Source: Negaprion brevirostris (Eukaryota). From it: a stretch of 64,000 nucleotides of DNA. Location: assembly GCA_030324005.1 (NCBI GenBank), contig JARDVH010000042.1, positions 63,355,320-63,419,319 of the forward strand, read 5' to 3'. The position numbers and the translations under genes were made by a program. Below the pieces are notes generated by a model that saw only the letters and a program-made list of their open reading frames with translations, made no database searches and was not told the origin of the DNA. Below, piece by piece: positions 11,231-23,692 of this stretch (the stretch's first letter is position 1; every line of letters begins with the position of its first letter).

Positions 11231-11801
11231 TTTTCTCCATTACCTTTTTTAAGCCTACATTAAGTTGAGTAAATTCCTATCCTTGATTTATTTTTAGTTT
11301 TGTGTTACCGGCTTCTTATTTTCATCCTCTAATTTACTGAGGATGAATACAAAGTATTTGTTTAGTAAGTCGTTAATTGTGGGATTTTCAATTACAATGC
11401 TGTTAGTCACTTCCTTTCTTGAAATATATTTGCAAATAACTTAATGGCCCTCACAAGTTCTCTTCCTCATCGTTCCGTTTTGCAGTTCTTATGATTTCCT
11501 TTGTATCCCTTTGCAGTTCTTTTAATGTCTCATCGTCTCAACTGTTCTTTGCGTTCATATAAACCAATTAGTTTAGTTTTATTGCACTTTCACTTCTCTT
11601 TCTGATCAACATTGTTTAATTGCACAAATAGAACTTTTTAGGGTATGTACAGGTCTGGTATTCTACCAAATACTTCTTTGAACACCTCCAACTGTTCATT
11701 TTTAGTCTATCGTCTAATGTCTATCAGGCCACTGTGGTCAATGTCTGCCTCATTCTTCTTGTGTCTGCCTCAGCTAAATGTAAAACTTTGGGTTGTGACT
11801 G

Positions 11802-12146
11802 TAGAATCATGGAATCCCTACAGTACAGAATGAGGCCATTTGGCCCATCAAGTTTCCACTGCTTCTTTGAAAGAGCATCTTACCTAGACCCTTCCCCAAT
11901 CCCTGTAATGCTGAGCATTTATCAAAGCTAATCCACCTAACGTACATGTCTTTGGACACAAAGGGACAATTTACTGCGGTCAATCCTGCACACCTTTGGA
12001 TTGTGAAAACCGAAGCACCCGGAGGAAACCCAGGCAGACACGGGGAGAATGTGCAAGCTCCACAGAGATAGTCACCCAAAGTCGAAATTGAAACTAGGTC
12101 ACTGGTGCTGTGAGGTCATGATGCTAACCATTGTGTCATTGTGCTG
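11802..12146 (-). mobile_element. HE1-like SINE, near full length, CR1-type tail
   Basis: tRNA-like head (tggttagca...ttcaattt), V-domain (gggtttcctccgggtgct) and tail ...ctgtagggattccatgattcta. Confidence 0.88.
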
Positions 12147-13039
12147 TGCAACCCTTTATACTTCTCAAACCTAAATCAAATTCCGTCAGGTCAGGGTCAC
12201 TGTTAGCTAAGTGCTCCCTTTACATTAAATTGTTGATTATTTCAGGAAAATCACCCATCAATAAATATAACTGTATAAGAGAAAGACAAATTATCATGCT
12301 TACCCTGCTACTTTTTAGCCATCTGGTGTCACCCTCTCTTTTCACGTCCTGGAATCGTTGGGCCCCAGTAGCAGGTTTTTTCTTTTTTACAAAAGTACTC
12401 TTCTCCTGACTTTACATCAGAATAAATGAAGGAAAACAAAGATATCTTGATAAATAAATGCAAACGGAGCTGATTTTCATGATGCGAAATGGAGATAAAC
12501 AAATATTTCTTATGAAATCTGACAATTGCTCAATTTTTTCTCTGCCTTTTTATAAAACAAAAAATAGCTCTTTGTTTTGCTGTCTACATATGGATAAAAT
12601 ACATTGGTAGAAATTGACTGAGCCTCAACCTCAACTGCATTGGTCTCTGCACTGCAAGCGGACCAAAGTGATGTCACACAAAAGGGACTTTCTGATGTAG
12701 CAACTGAGCATGAGAGGCTCACTCGCAGGGCACTGTGTGCTGCTGGCTTGTTCATATTGTCCTGGAGTTGTGGCACAGTAAAACCAAGATGATAAAATAG
12801 TGATTAAAGTTAGAAAGAACTTTGTGGACCTTCACTTAAGATTTTCCTAATGACAGGTTGTCACCGTAGCTGACTTGTTTGGGAATGTGCAATGGAAGTG
12901 GGAGATTTTATCCACAATACAAAATAAAATTGTGTGATGTAACTCTAGCCTTTCTAACAACCCACCACACTAATTCACTGGCAGTAGTGCAAAAGACTTA
13001 TGAATGGAGAACTGAGATGCATGATTAGGGACGTAGAAA

Positions 13040-13480
13040 AGATTTAGTACCACACCACGTCTCTCAGATGTTCCAAAAGCATTTCATATACAATTAACCA
13101 ATTTGAAGTTCAGGTAGTGTTGTTATGTAGGCAAACATGATAGCTGTTTTGGGAACAGTAAGATCTCATAAAGAGCAATGAAATGAATGACTGATCTATT
13201 TATGGCGATATTGGTTAAGAGCAGAATTTTAATTAAGACATTGGAGAATGCCCCTCCCCCACCACACACAAACACACACACACACACTCACATACACCTC
13301 TTGTCAACAGAGATTTATTAATGTCCAACTGGTAAAGGCAGATAGAGCTTCAATCTAATCTTATTGAAGGCTAAGACCTCCAGTAATAAGATACTCCCTC
13401 AGAACTATGTTAGCGCCAGTCTAGAAATTGTGTGTTCAAACCTTGGGGTGAGGTTTAAGAGTGTTAGTCACTTGAGCCAT
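13040..13480 (-). mobile_element. Old DeuSINE (SacSINE1-like) with internal (CA)n tract at 13263-13297
   Basis: Degenerate reverse-complement similarity to the clearer copy at 39791-40152. Confidence 0.5.
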
Positions 13481-14894
13481 TTTTTAATCATTTGAGTACT
13501 GCAAGTAGGAACAATTGTTTACAGATACAGTGATGAAATTGCTTTTGGTTATCAAGTATAAGGGATATCTCTGCTGAGAAATAGAGTCAAAAAATAAATA
13601 TGTTTGCACTCATTATCTGAATCAAACTTTGTTGTACCCCATAGGGGTGAGATTTTCAGTCATCTGTGGGGTTTGATTTAGAAGTTACTGGGCTTATAAT
13701 CTCACACTGCTGGCTATCATGCCAGTTTGGCATCATGGTCCTGAGGCCGCACAATTTTTAGAGAAACTTGATTGAGGTAGGAATGGCGGCTGCTTGTGCA
13801 TAAGTAGCAGATGGACAATTGATGGCAGTGAAAAGGCATATTAAGGCCTCTTCCCGATACCAACTGGGAGTTATCATGAGGCCTTTGCATATTGAGATGA
13901 ATCATGGACAGTGAATCAAGGTGACCTCACACAGGAAAGCTGGGTGATGATCTGCAATCATTCCTGCCCCCACTGCCTTCCCATCCTTACAGACAACTGT
14001 CATATCTGTCAGGCCACAACTGCAACTGCTTGTTGTGTGGTTTTGACTTCCACAATCATGGCCAAGCAGCTGAGGCTTTTTACATTTTTTTTAAAAAGGT
14101 AACTTTTTCTTTACATTGTGGCTCCATGTTGGCCCATCCCTCTCCCTCAATCATACATGGGCAGTTCAGACCTCGATGGTGGATTGTTGGAGGGTCTTAA
14201 TTGGTCTTTCAGCCTTGGGACCCCATTCAATGTCCTTAATTTGATGGCAAGCTATCTGGTCATGAGTAGACCGACAAATTGAAAATTGAGGTGGCCATGT
14301 GAGGAATACTCTGTGCAAAGTTGAGACCGAGTTTGGTGCTAACATTGGTTTGCCAAGATGGGAATGGAAATTCTGTCCTGTATGTTGAAAGTGGTTTTGT
14401 AATGTGCTAATAGTGTCCATTTATACTACAGGCTGAAGTTTGTAAACATGTAAATTTGATATCAGAGCAGCTTCTCCCAAGTCTCAAACTTGATTTAAAC
14501 AGTTGTGTGAACTTTGTGCATACATTCTAGTTAAGAGGTTACCCAATGCAAGCAGAAAGTGACATGTAGTACAAATTAATTGCCATGTTTTCCCAAAGAT
14601 TCTGTGGCTGGCATAAGGATGAGAGATCTCCTTACCCGAAATGATATCTGGACATCAAACGTTGCTTGTGTTTGTTGTTTATATTAACAATTGTTGGCAG
14701 TTTCTTTGGGACAAATCAGACAAAACCTCATTTGTGATTGCTAGTACATGTAATAGTAAAATAATTGTTACAGCAGTTTGAGTATAAAGGCTATGGCAGG
14801 CATGATATTGTTTTGGCTCAGTGGGAGCACCCTGAACTCTGAGTCAGAAACTCGTGGCTCATCATTTCAGAGATCTGAACACATAAAGCTTTTT

Positions 14895-15540
14895 GGAACT
14901 GGGCACCACTGACTAGACAGCACTTATCATCCATCCCTAACTGCCTTGAGAAGGGTTAGGTTTAGCTGATTTTCTAACTATAGCAGTCCATGTGCTGTAG
15001 ATACACCCACAGTACTGTTAGAGAGGGAGTTCCAGGATTTTGGCACACTGACAGTGAAGAAACAGGGACATATTTCCGAGTCATTTGGAGAGTGGCTTAT
15101 AAGGGAACTTGCAGCTGGTGGTGTTCCTGTGCGTTTGCTGCCCTTCTCCTTTTTAGGTGGTAGTAGTCATAGGGTTGGAAGGTGCTGCCTGAGGAGCCTT
15201 GGTGATGTCCTTGGATGCATCTTGAGAATGGTACATACTGGGTGTTGGTGGTAGAAGAAGTGAATGTTTGTGGAAAAGGTGCCAATCAAGCAGGCTGCTT
15301 TGTCCTGGTTAGTTGTCAAGCTTTTGAGAGTTGTTGGAAATTTGCATATCCAGGCAAGTGGAATGCATTCCTTCACATTTCTGACTTGTGCCTTGTGGAT
15401 GGTAGACAAGCTTTGGGGAGTCAGGAGATGAGAGATTTTTAGCAAGATTCTTAGCCTCTGACCTGTTCTTGTATCATAGTATTTATACAGCTAGTCCAAT
15501 TTAGTTTCTGATCAATGCTAAAACACCCCACTCCCAGGAT
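14895..15540 (-). mobile_element. CR1/L2-group non-LTR retrotransposon 3' fragment (shark family B)
   Basis: ORF 15167-15445 LTPQSLSTIHKAQVRNVKECIPLAW...QDKAACLIG is a post-RT domain of the 'xYKxxVRxxxEY...W' type. Runs into an N gap. Confidence 0.8.
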
Positions 15541-16669
15541 GNNNNNNNNNNNNNNNNNNNNNNNNNNNNNNNNNNNNNNNNNNNNNNNNNNNNNNNNNNN
15601 NNNNNNNNNNNNNNNNNNNNNNNNNNNNNNNNNNNNNNNNNNNNNNNNNNNNNNNNNNNNNNNNNNNNNNNNNNNNNNNNNNNNNNNNNNNNNNNNNNNN
15701 NNNNNNNNNNNNNNNNNNNNNNNNNNNNNNNNNNNNNNNNNNNNNNNNNNNNNNNNNNNNNNNNNNNNNNNNNNNNNNNNNNNNNNNNNNNNNNNNNNNN
15801 NNNNNNNNNNNNNNNNNNNNNNNNNNNNNNNNNNNNNNNNNNNNNNNNNNNNNNNNNNNNNNNNNNNNNNNNNNNNNNNNNNNNNNNNNNNNNNNNNNNN
15901 NNNNNNNNNNNNNNNNNNNNNNNNNNNNNNNNNNNNNNNNNNNNNNNNNNNNNNNNNNNNNNNNNNNNNNNNNNNNNNNNNNNNNNNNNNNNNNNNNNNN
16001 NNNNNNNNNNNNNNNNNNNNNNNNNNNNNNNNNNNNNNNNNNNNNNNNNNNNNNNNNNNNNNNNNNNNNNNNNNNNNNNNNNNNNNNNNNNNNNNNNNNN
16101 NNNNNNNNNNNNNNNNNNNNNNNNNNNNAATAGTCCAGCGATAATATCACTAGGCCCTTGCCTCTATCATGATCCAGACTGTATATGATCTTATTTCTGT
16201 TTTGTCACAAACTGCTGCGTAACAAATATTGTTTTTACTGTGTATGATTCAGACCAAATACCTAACGTGCCAGCAGTGTCCTGAAGCTATCTCTCTGGTT
16301 AGTTACATGTATTAGTATTGAGTCAGTGTGTTATGAGCTGCAATGTTTTGAGTATCAGATTACTCAGTCAACATGACATTTGTGGTATTTAGGGATATGG
16401 CTCTCTCTCTTTCTCAATTTACATGTACTATTCTCAACCAGCAAAATAGTTACTCTGCTCCCTTTTGGCTTGTATTTCTGTACATATAATGTGTGTTTTT
16501 TAACCTCACTTACAACTATGTCAAAATCAGTTGAAAGTATCAACTGGTCTTGGGACAAGCCAATGGGGTAAATAACAGTAATGGAGCAGAACAACAATGC
16601 ATATTTATCTATCCAGCAGATATTAAGCACATCTCAGAAAGTGAAAAGTTCACGGATATTATGTCCCTG

Positions 16670-17010
16670 CTGGCTTTAATGTAAAAAGGCTTCCCAAGGC
16701 ACTTCACAGGAGCATTATAAAACAAAGTATGACACCAAACCATATAAGGAGATGTTAGATCAGATGATCAAAAGATTGGTCAAAGAGATATGTTTTAAAC
16801 AGTGTCTAGGATGAGTATTTCAGAGTTAAGGGTCTTGGCAACTGAAGGCATGGCCAGCAATGGTGGAGGGATTAAAAGTGGGGATATAAGACCAGCATTA
16901 GATATCTCAATGTTATGGGATTGAAGTAGTTTACAGAGATATGGAGGGGTGAGGCCATGGAGGGATTTGAAGACAAGGCTGAGAATTTTAAAATCAAGAA
17001 GGGTGGGGAT
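16670..17010 (-). mobile_element. L2 LINE 3' end
   Basis: ORF 16795-17109 contains DFKILSLVFKSLHGLTPPYLCKLL, the L2 'FKxLxLxFKALHGLAPxYL' motif. Another old L2 fragment at about 35310-35930(-). Confidence 0.8.
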
Positions 17011-18059
17011 CGCTGTGGAACAATTTGGAAGATCATTTTTGTCAAATCCTGGCAACTCAGATCTTAAACTTCTAGCTAAGGAGGCCCATTGAGAGTTGGA
17101 AATGGCCAAGAATCTTTGAAACTTTGCATCTTTTCTTCAATTTTTCAGTATTAATGACCAAATATTGATTTTAGTACTTAGAATCAACTGGCCTTACCCA
17201 AATCTATGAATGGTATTTGACATGGCTGTAATGTTCCCAATAGTTGCTAATAGCCTGCCATACTCAAGCATGAGAATTGTAGCATGAGGCATCTCAATGA
17301 GGAAGCCTTGAATCACAACGATGATTTATTGAAGGAATGTTAAAACTATATACAGACAAACTCAGTACATATACAGGTCCTGTCCCACTGACTCCCAGGC
17401 TCAAACTGAAGGTTCCCTAGCTCAGTGAGATAGCTTCAGGATACTGCTGGCAAGATGTGCATTTGGTCTGAATCACACAAAGAAAAAGCAATCTTTGTTA
17501 TGCAGCAGTGCAGTATTTGTGACCAAACAGAGATAAGACCATATACAGTCTGGATCATGGTAGAAAACTCTACCAATGTGGCAGATTTTCCTTTCATTTC
17601 TGAACCCGCAATTCTGGCCAATGCCAAATGTGCCCATTCAAAGTTGGAAGGACATATTTAATGCTGTGGCGATAAAGTGGTGATAACCTATGTCCCATTT
17701 TCTGTCAATACTGCCTTGTTTGAGGTACCGTGCTGCTAGACTCTCAAGGACAACAAAGATGTGAAACCTGCTGCATAATTTAGCTTTTTAAAGAGACCAA
17801 AACTTGAGCCCTGGACATAAGGGAAGCATTTCTTCCTCTTAGGCTGTTCTTCAGGATCAATTATTTGGACTCCAGTACTGTGTATTTTGATATGACCAAT
17901 GAGTGCCATGCCCAATCCNNNNNNNNNNNNNNNNNNNNNNNNNNNNNNNNNNNNNNNNNNNNNNNNNNNNNNNNNNNNNNNNNNNNNNNNNNNNNNNNNN
18001 NNNNNNNNNNNNNNNNNNTTTGATATGACTAAAGAGTGCCATGCCCAATCCACAGATTC

Positions 18060-18790
18060 TACTTGATGGGGGTAGCTGGTGTTTGAATGATTGAGTAGTT
18101 TTTTGGGGTCTGTGCACTTTTTCTATTGTCTGGACTTGGCCTTGGCATGCTCCTGCAATACTGGCTTGAGATGCATGGTGTCTTCCCAAATGCACCTTGT
18201 CCATTTTGGGCAGTTGTGGGTCAGTAATTCCCAGGAACTAGGTGGAGATATTGGATCTCTCTGGATGCTTTGAGATCATCGTTAAGGTATTTTCTCTACC
18301 CTTCTGGGACTCTCTTGCTGCAATGGGGTTTGGAGTTGAGCAGTTATTTTAGCAGCTTAATATTACGGCATGCAAACTATGTGACTCATCAGCGAAGCTG
18401 GTTTTGGGTGATTAATACCTCACTGCTGGGAATGTTGGCTTGGGAGAGGAGACTTACATCAGACTGTCCATCCTGCTAATGAATCTGATGAAATTTTGTG
18501 GAATCGGTATTGGTGGTATTTGTCCAAAGTCTTGATGTAGATAGTCTAATTCTCGGATGCCTATAGGAATGCAAGGATCACTGTGATCTGGTAAACCACG
18601 ATCTTAGTTCCAGTTTGGAGTTTCTGGTTCTCAAACAAATTTTTCCTCAGTTGACCAAAGGCTGAGCTGGTATGTTAAAAACAGTGGTGGTTTCATCATC
18701 TGTGTCAAAATATATTGAGAGGCAACTCCCAAGATAAAAAAAATAGACCAAACGTTCCAGGGTCTCACTCCAGATATTGATTAATAGGGT
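18060..18790 (-). mobile_element. RTE-clade LINE fragment
   Basis: Minus strand resembles RTE 'PKQLLYSELxxGKRxxGGQRKRFKDxLK' (ctgctaaaataactgctcaactccaaac...agaagggtagagaaaatacc). Heavily decayed. Confidence 0.6.
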
Positions 18791-21700
18791 ATGATGTTGT
18801 GTAGTTTATGGTCTGGTATGTGGTAAGTGCTGTGCAATCCAAATTCCAAACAGAAACTTGGCAAGCTATCACAACTACTTCCTAGTTATATTTATTACGA
18901 GAAGATATGTGTCCGACAATCAAGAGCCACAAATTGCAGTAACACATTTGGAGATTTTAAATATTGTATTAAATTAAAACATTTATTCACAAAATGAAAG
19001 TAATCTTAAACACATATAATTTGTAATTAAAATTAATCTTATAGAACATTCCCCAAAATTACTCCTATTTGAATAGACTCACAAATAAACACCATTTTAG
19101 TCAAAAGCCCTTACAGATCTTTACTCTATAAAAAATATCCACCATTTGGCATCCATTTTTGTCATAGGGAAGGGATATCCCAGGCTTCTCGCTCCCATTC
19201 TGTTGTGGAAAATTCCAAAAACCTTGGAACAAAACCCTGCTTTCTAGGAAAAAAAACAGGCTGACACTTTTCTTGGTTGGCTGGAAATTGTTTCATTTCG
19301 CATCTTTCACAGCTCCCTCTCAGTATAGAATATATTTCCAGAGTCTTACATGATCATTCCCCAACACAGCTCCCAGCCTCTCTTTAAATATGTTTTTTCT
19401 CCTTCATCTTTTCCCACGGTCCTCACCCTTGTTCAAAATGTACGCTTTCCAGAAAATAAAAACCTCTTTGGTTTTCCTTATGTCCATCACTTTTGGGTGT
19501 AATAACTTTGCCTTATTTAACTATTGATCCATGGAATCCTACAGTGTAGAAGGAGGCCATGCAGGTTTGCACCGACTTTTTGAAAGAGCTGACTCAGATG
19601 ATATTGTAATTAAGTAGATGTACCCAAATTATAAATGGACAATTATATTCAAGTGTTTTTTTAAATTCATTTGTGGGAAATGGGCGTCACTGGCTGGCCA
19701 GCATTTATTATTGATCTCTAGTTGCCCTTGAGAAGGTAATGGTGAGCTGCTTTCTTGAATTACTGCAGTTCATGTGCTGTGGGTGACCCACATTATGTAA
19801 TTCTATTTATTAATTGTGAATTGATATAGATAATTCTTAAACAAATGTACACTTTTGACTGGTATATGTTAATTGCTTGTAGTTGAGCCTGAAGGTATAC
19901 TTGCCACTAATTTTCCTTGTTCAGGAAGTCTATGTGCCCCTAATGACTGACTAGCTTCCTTAGTATAGCTTGATTGATCTTGGTTTTGGAGTGGGAGCAT
20001 AAAGGCTGAATAATTTTCTTTTTATCCTGTAAATTATCTCCACTCAATTTGGGACCTTGATGGATGTAAGATACAGAATTGTGGGAAGAAAACTGGTGAA
20101 GAGTGTTCGTGTGATGACACATCCTTGTTTGACTCCAGTCTTCAATGAGATAGTGTCTGGGATGACCCAGTTAGAATTATAACATGTGTATCGTCATTTA
20201 GTGGGTGAAAGAATGGTGACAAATTTCTGAGGATATATCTGTGGAGAGCAAGAAAGTGATCAAATGGCCGAAATACTGACATTTTCTGGATATCATGTTT
20301 TAGAGTTTCTTTTGCTCTTGCAATTTCAAGCACCTCTTCATTGGTCTTTTTATTGGTCTGTAAATGGATTTTTTTTTTACAAAAGTCTTCACTTCCACAT
20401 TTCAGAGGCCTCTATTTTCTTCCACAAATATTTATTTATTATCCAAGTTTCTGAGACATACAGGAAAGTGGATAGAATGTAGCACTTTATGAATTTTTTT
20501 CTTGTTATAAACTTGAGTTTTCTTTTTGTTACCATATCCTTCACCTTCACAAAATTATTTCCGGTTACCTCTGTCTTTCTTCAGACTTTGGCATCACATC
20601 TGCCATCTTCGGTCATCATTTGTTTTACACAGACAATCTTATCTACTTGTTCCAGTGTGAGACTGTCCACTCAGACTTTGTTCTAGATTCTTCTAATCTA
20701 CTCCTGTTGTTATGGTGTTCATATTCAATCTACTTTCTGTTTTATTAAGCGACATTAAAGACACATTTGTGTGAAAGATGTGAAAATCCCATTTGGATCA
20801 CAAGTGGATTCTATTCTACATCCCTAAGTATTTTTTACACTTGTTTATGGGATATGAGTGGGCAAACCCAGCATTTGTTGACTATCCCTAATTGTTCTTG
20901 AGAAGGTGGTGGTGAGCTGCCTCCTTGAACCGCTGCAGTCCAAGGTGTTTATTGTACATGTCAATATGGACCAGTGTGCATGAACTCCCACAACATAAGA
21001 AACTCAGCTGACTAATGGGTGTCTAATGCCTTTAGACCAGAGAATTCTCATACGCATGTTAAAAGAATATTTTGTTCATTTTCTACTACTTTATTCAAGT
21101 AGATGCCTGGGTTCACTCTGATGCTTATTCTCAGAAGTTCTATAACCAGAAGGAACATCTACATTTTGTTCCTTGATGTAGTGGGAAACATAGGGAGTTC
21201 ATGTCATTGGTGTGCCATGTAGATGCAAAGTATGAATAAAAGATTGCAATCACCCTCCTCACATATGTAACCAATGCTCATTTCTTAAGTGTCACAACAA
21301 TGAAATACTGATTGACTGACTGGGTCAAATGCTTTTTCTATATCCAGGAAATGGAGCAGGACAGGTGTGTTGGTGTGACTGCACCAACAAATTACATTGG
21401 ACAACTGCTGGGTGTCCCTTGAGAAGTGGTCCATTATAAAAACTCCTTATTCTGTGTTAACCAGCCCAGGAATGACTGTATTTTGTTTGGAGGCCAAGAT
21501 CTTGCCCAATATTTTATAATCAGCATTGAACAGTTACATAGGTTTTTTTGATGAGCACCCTTGCAGGTTCTTACATTTCTTGCATATTAAATATAATCGT
21601 AGCTGCACTGACACCTGGATCTTTGACTCTGATGCATATGCTAGAGTTTCAGTAAGAAAAGAATGATTAACTCCAGAAATTGGGCTTGTAGAACTTGATG

Positions 21701-22376
21701 GGCTAATCATTAGGCTCTGAGGCTTTGAAATGTGGAGCAATTATGTTTTCCTGAGAATATTGGGATGTGGGAGGTTGGATAATTATTACATGGCTTCTTT
21801 TTGCTTTCAACATAAGGGGGAATTTTAATTCATGTGCAGGAAAGTGGCAGTAAGCATGGGCTGCCAACTTCTGAGTTGCTACAGAAAGACTGGCCGATAT
21901 TAGAAGCTGAGCCTCATTTACATCCTGTTAGCCAGTTGACCGCTGAAAATGGGTGTAATAACGTGGCAATACCTCTGGCAGCAGGCAAGCCAGTAGTGTT
22001 GTTATTACACATGTTTTTGCACTAGCAGCTAGTGTTATTTTTGCAAATACATTTCATAAACATGTAGTTTATTATATATGGAATGCAGATAATTTTAATT
22101 ATTCCTTTGATGCAATGTGAAGGTCTGTGCTTCAAAGTTCAACTGCATTATAGGTGTTTATTTTTTGACATTATGTATTGTTTACAAAATGGCAACCGCA
22201 GCATTCTTCTGGGGCAAGTCACCCCAGATTCTATTTTGGTAAATATGTTAGCACACACATGGAGGTGTCCACCAGTTTAAAGAATTGGCAGATCGTGATA
22301 TTAATCTGCATGTAATATGAATTGATGCCAGTTTGGAGCTTAACTCTCATGACTATCAAGTCCCATGGTTGCAAAG

Positions 22377-22696
22377 AGTTAGCACTGCTGCCTCACAGTG
22401 CCAGGGACCTGGGTTTGATTATGGCNNNNNNNNNNNNNNNNNNNNNNNNNNNNNNNNNNNNNNNNNNNNNNNNNNNNNNNNNNNNNNNNNNNNNNNNNNN
22501 NNNNNNNNNNNNNNNNNNNNNNNNNATGGCACTGGGTGACTGTCTGTGTGGAGTTGCACATTCTGCCTGTGTCTGTGTGGATTTCCTCTGGGTGCTTTGG
22601 TTTCCATCCATAGTTCAGGTTAGGTGGATTAGACATGGTAAATATGCTCTGATTTTGGAGAGTTGGTGCAGGCTCAATGGCCCAACTGGCCTTCTT
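22377..22696 (+). mobile_element. HE1-like SINE spanning an N gap
   Basis: ttagcactgctgcctcacagtgccagggacctgggtt head; tail ggccttcttctgcattatagggattctatg. Confidence 0.85.
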
Positions 22697-22847
22697 CTGC
22701 ATTATAGGGATTCTATGGCTCTGTGTTTTGATGGACAAACATGGACAAAGGGTTGAATTTCAGAGGGTGAAGTAAGATTGACTGTCCCTGACATCAATAC
22801 AACATTTCACTGTGGTATCAAGGAGCCCTAATAAAACTGAAATCGAT

Positions 22848-23692
22848 CGGATCTTACCAGCTTGACCCACTGGTCAATCAGTAAGGCAAGCCAGCAAGAT
22901 TGGGTGAGAGGCAAAAATTGGGCTATTTTGCCTCTTGCAATCTTACCGGCTTTATTTTGCTGGTGAAATTGACTTCATGCTCAGAAAGGATTTTAAGGGC
23001 CTGCCAGGTGGTCAGGGGCAGGGGAAGGCTGTGCCCCTTTGGCAGTGCCAGTTTGGCACCACCAGCCTGGGACCCTGGTACTCTGGGACTCTGGAAGTGC
23101 CCACTAGGCACTGGGCAGTGCCAAGGGATAGAGTCTAAGGGAAATGTTGGAGCCCGTTTGGGAGGCAGTGCATGGGGCCTATGTACTCTGCAATCGGGGA
23201 TCGCTGGTGGCGATTGACTGGGGGGTGAAAAAGGCAGTGGTCAGCCAGAGGGAGCGCGAATGGGAGTGGCAATTGGTGGAGAGAGGAGGGGGAGGGAATG
23301 AAAGAGGGTGGTGACAAGTGGGGTTAGAAATCGGATGGTGATCAGCCCGGGGGACGTGATTGGCGGTGGGAATTGGAAAGATGGGGAGGCAATGTCTGGG
23401 AGTGGGGGGAGTGACAATCTCTCAGTGCACTGTGTATTCTTAATAGTGCACTGGGAAATCAGGAAGCACGTGCAGTAGTGCCCTCAAGCAATCAGCAGCC
23501 ATCTTCCCGGCATGAACAGACTTGGTCCACTCCGTCAACTGGCGAGAATCACACTTTGCCTCATTTTTATTTCAATGTATTATAAGATTTGACTCTTTCA
23601 CTGAAAAAACAAGTCTGAAACTTAGAATCTTAAATCTTAAACTTAGAAACTTAAATCGCCCCTTAGAATTTTTTTGGTAAGATTGTCCCCGA
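22848..23692. mobile_element. Non-autonomous DNA transposon (MITE-like, probably Harbinger)
   Basis: Terminal inverted motifs ggatcttacc...ggtaagattgtccc with a GC-rich interior. A clearly homologous copy lies at about 59310-60265 (shared gtgccc..tggcagtg..agtttggcac block). Confidence 0.6.

Noticed and set aside
15515-16150. Long ORFs running through N gaps (also near 9.3-9.6, 22.4, 31.6, 39.3 and 59.8 kb)
   Set aside because: They are open only because N translates to X.
17455-17661. CSICDQ...AHSKL resembling a Gypsy integrase fragment beside an LTR-like segment
   Set aside because: Similarity is too short and degenerate to call without a profile search.
17885-18051. Direct repeats flanking N gaps (also 27664-27863 and 44245-44452)
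   Set aside because: Near-identical sequence on both sides of roughly 100-N gaps indicates unmerged contig overlaps, not real duplications.
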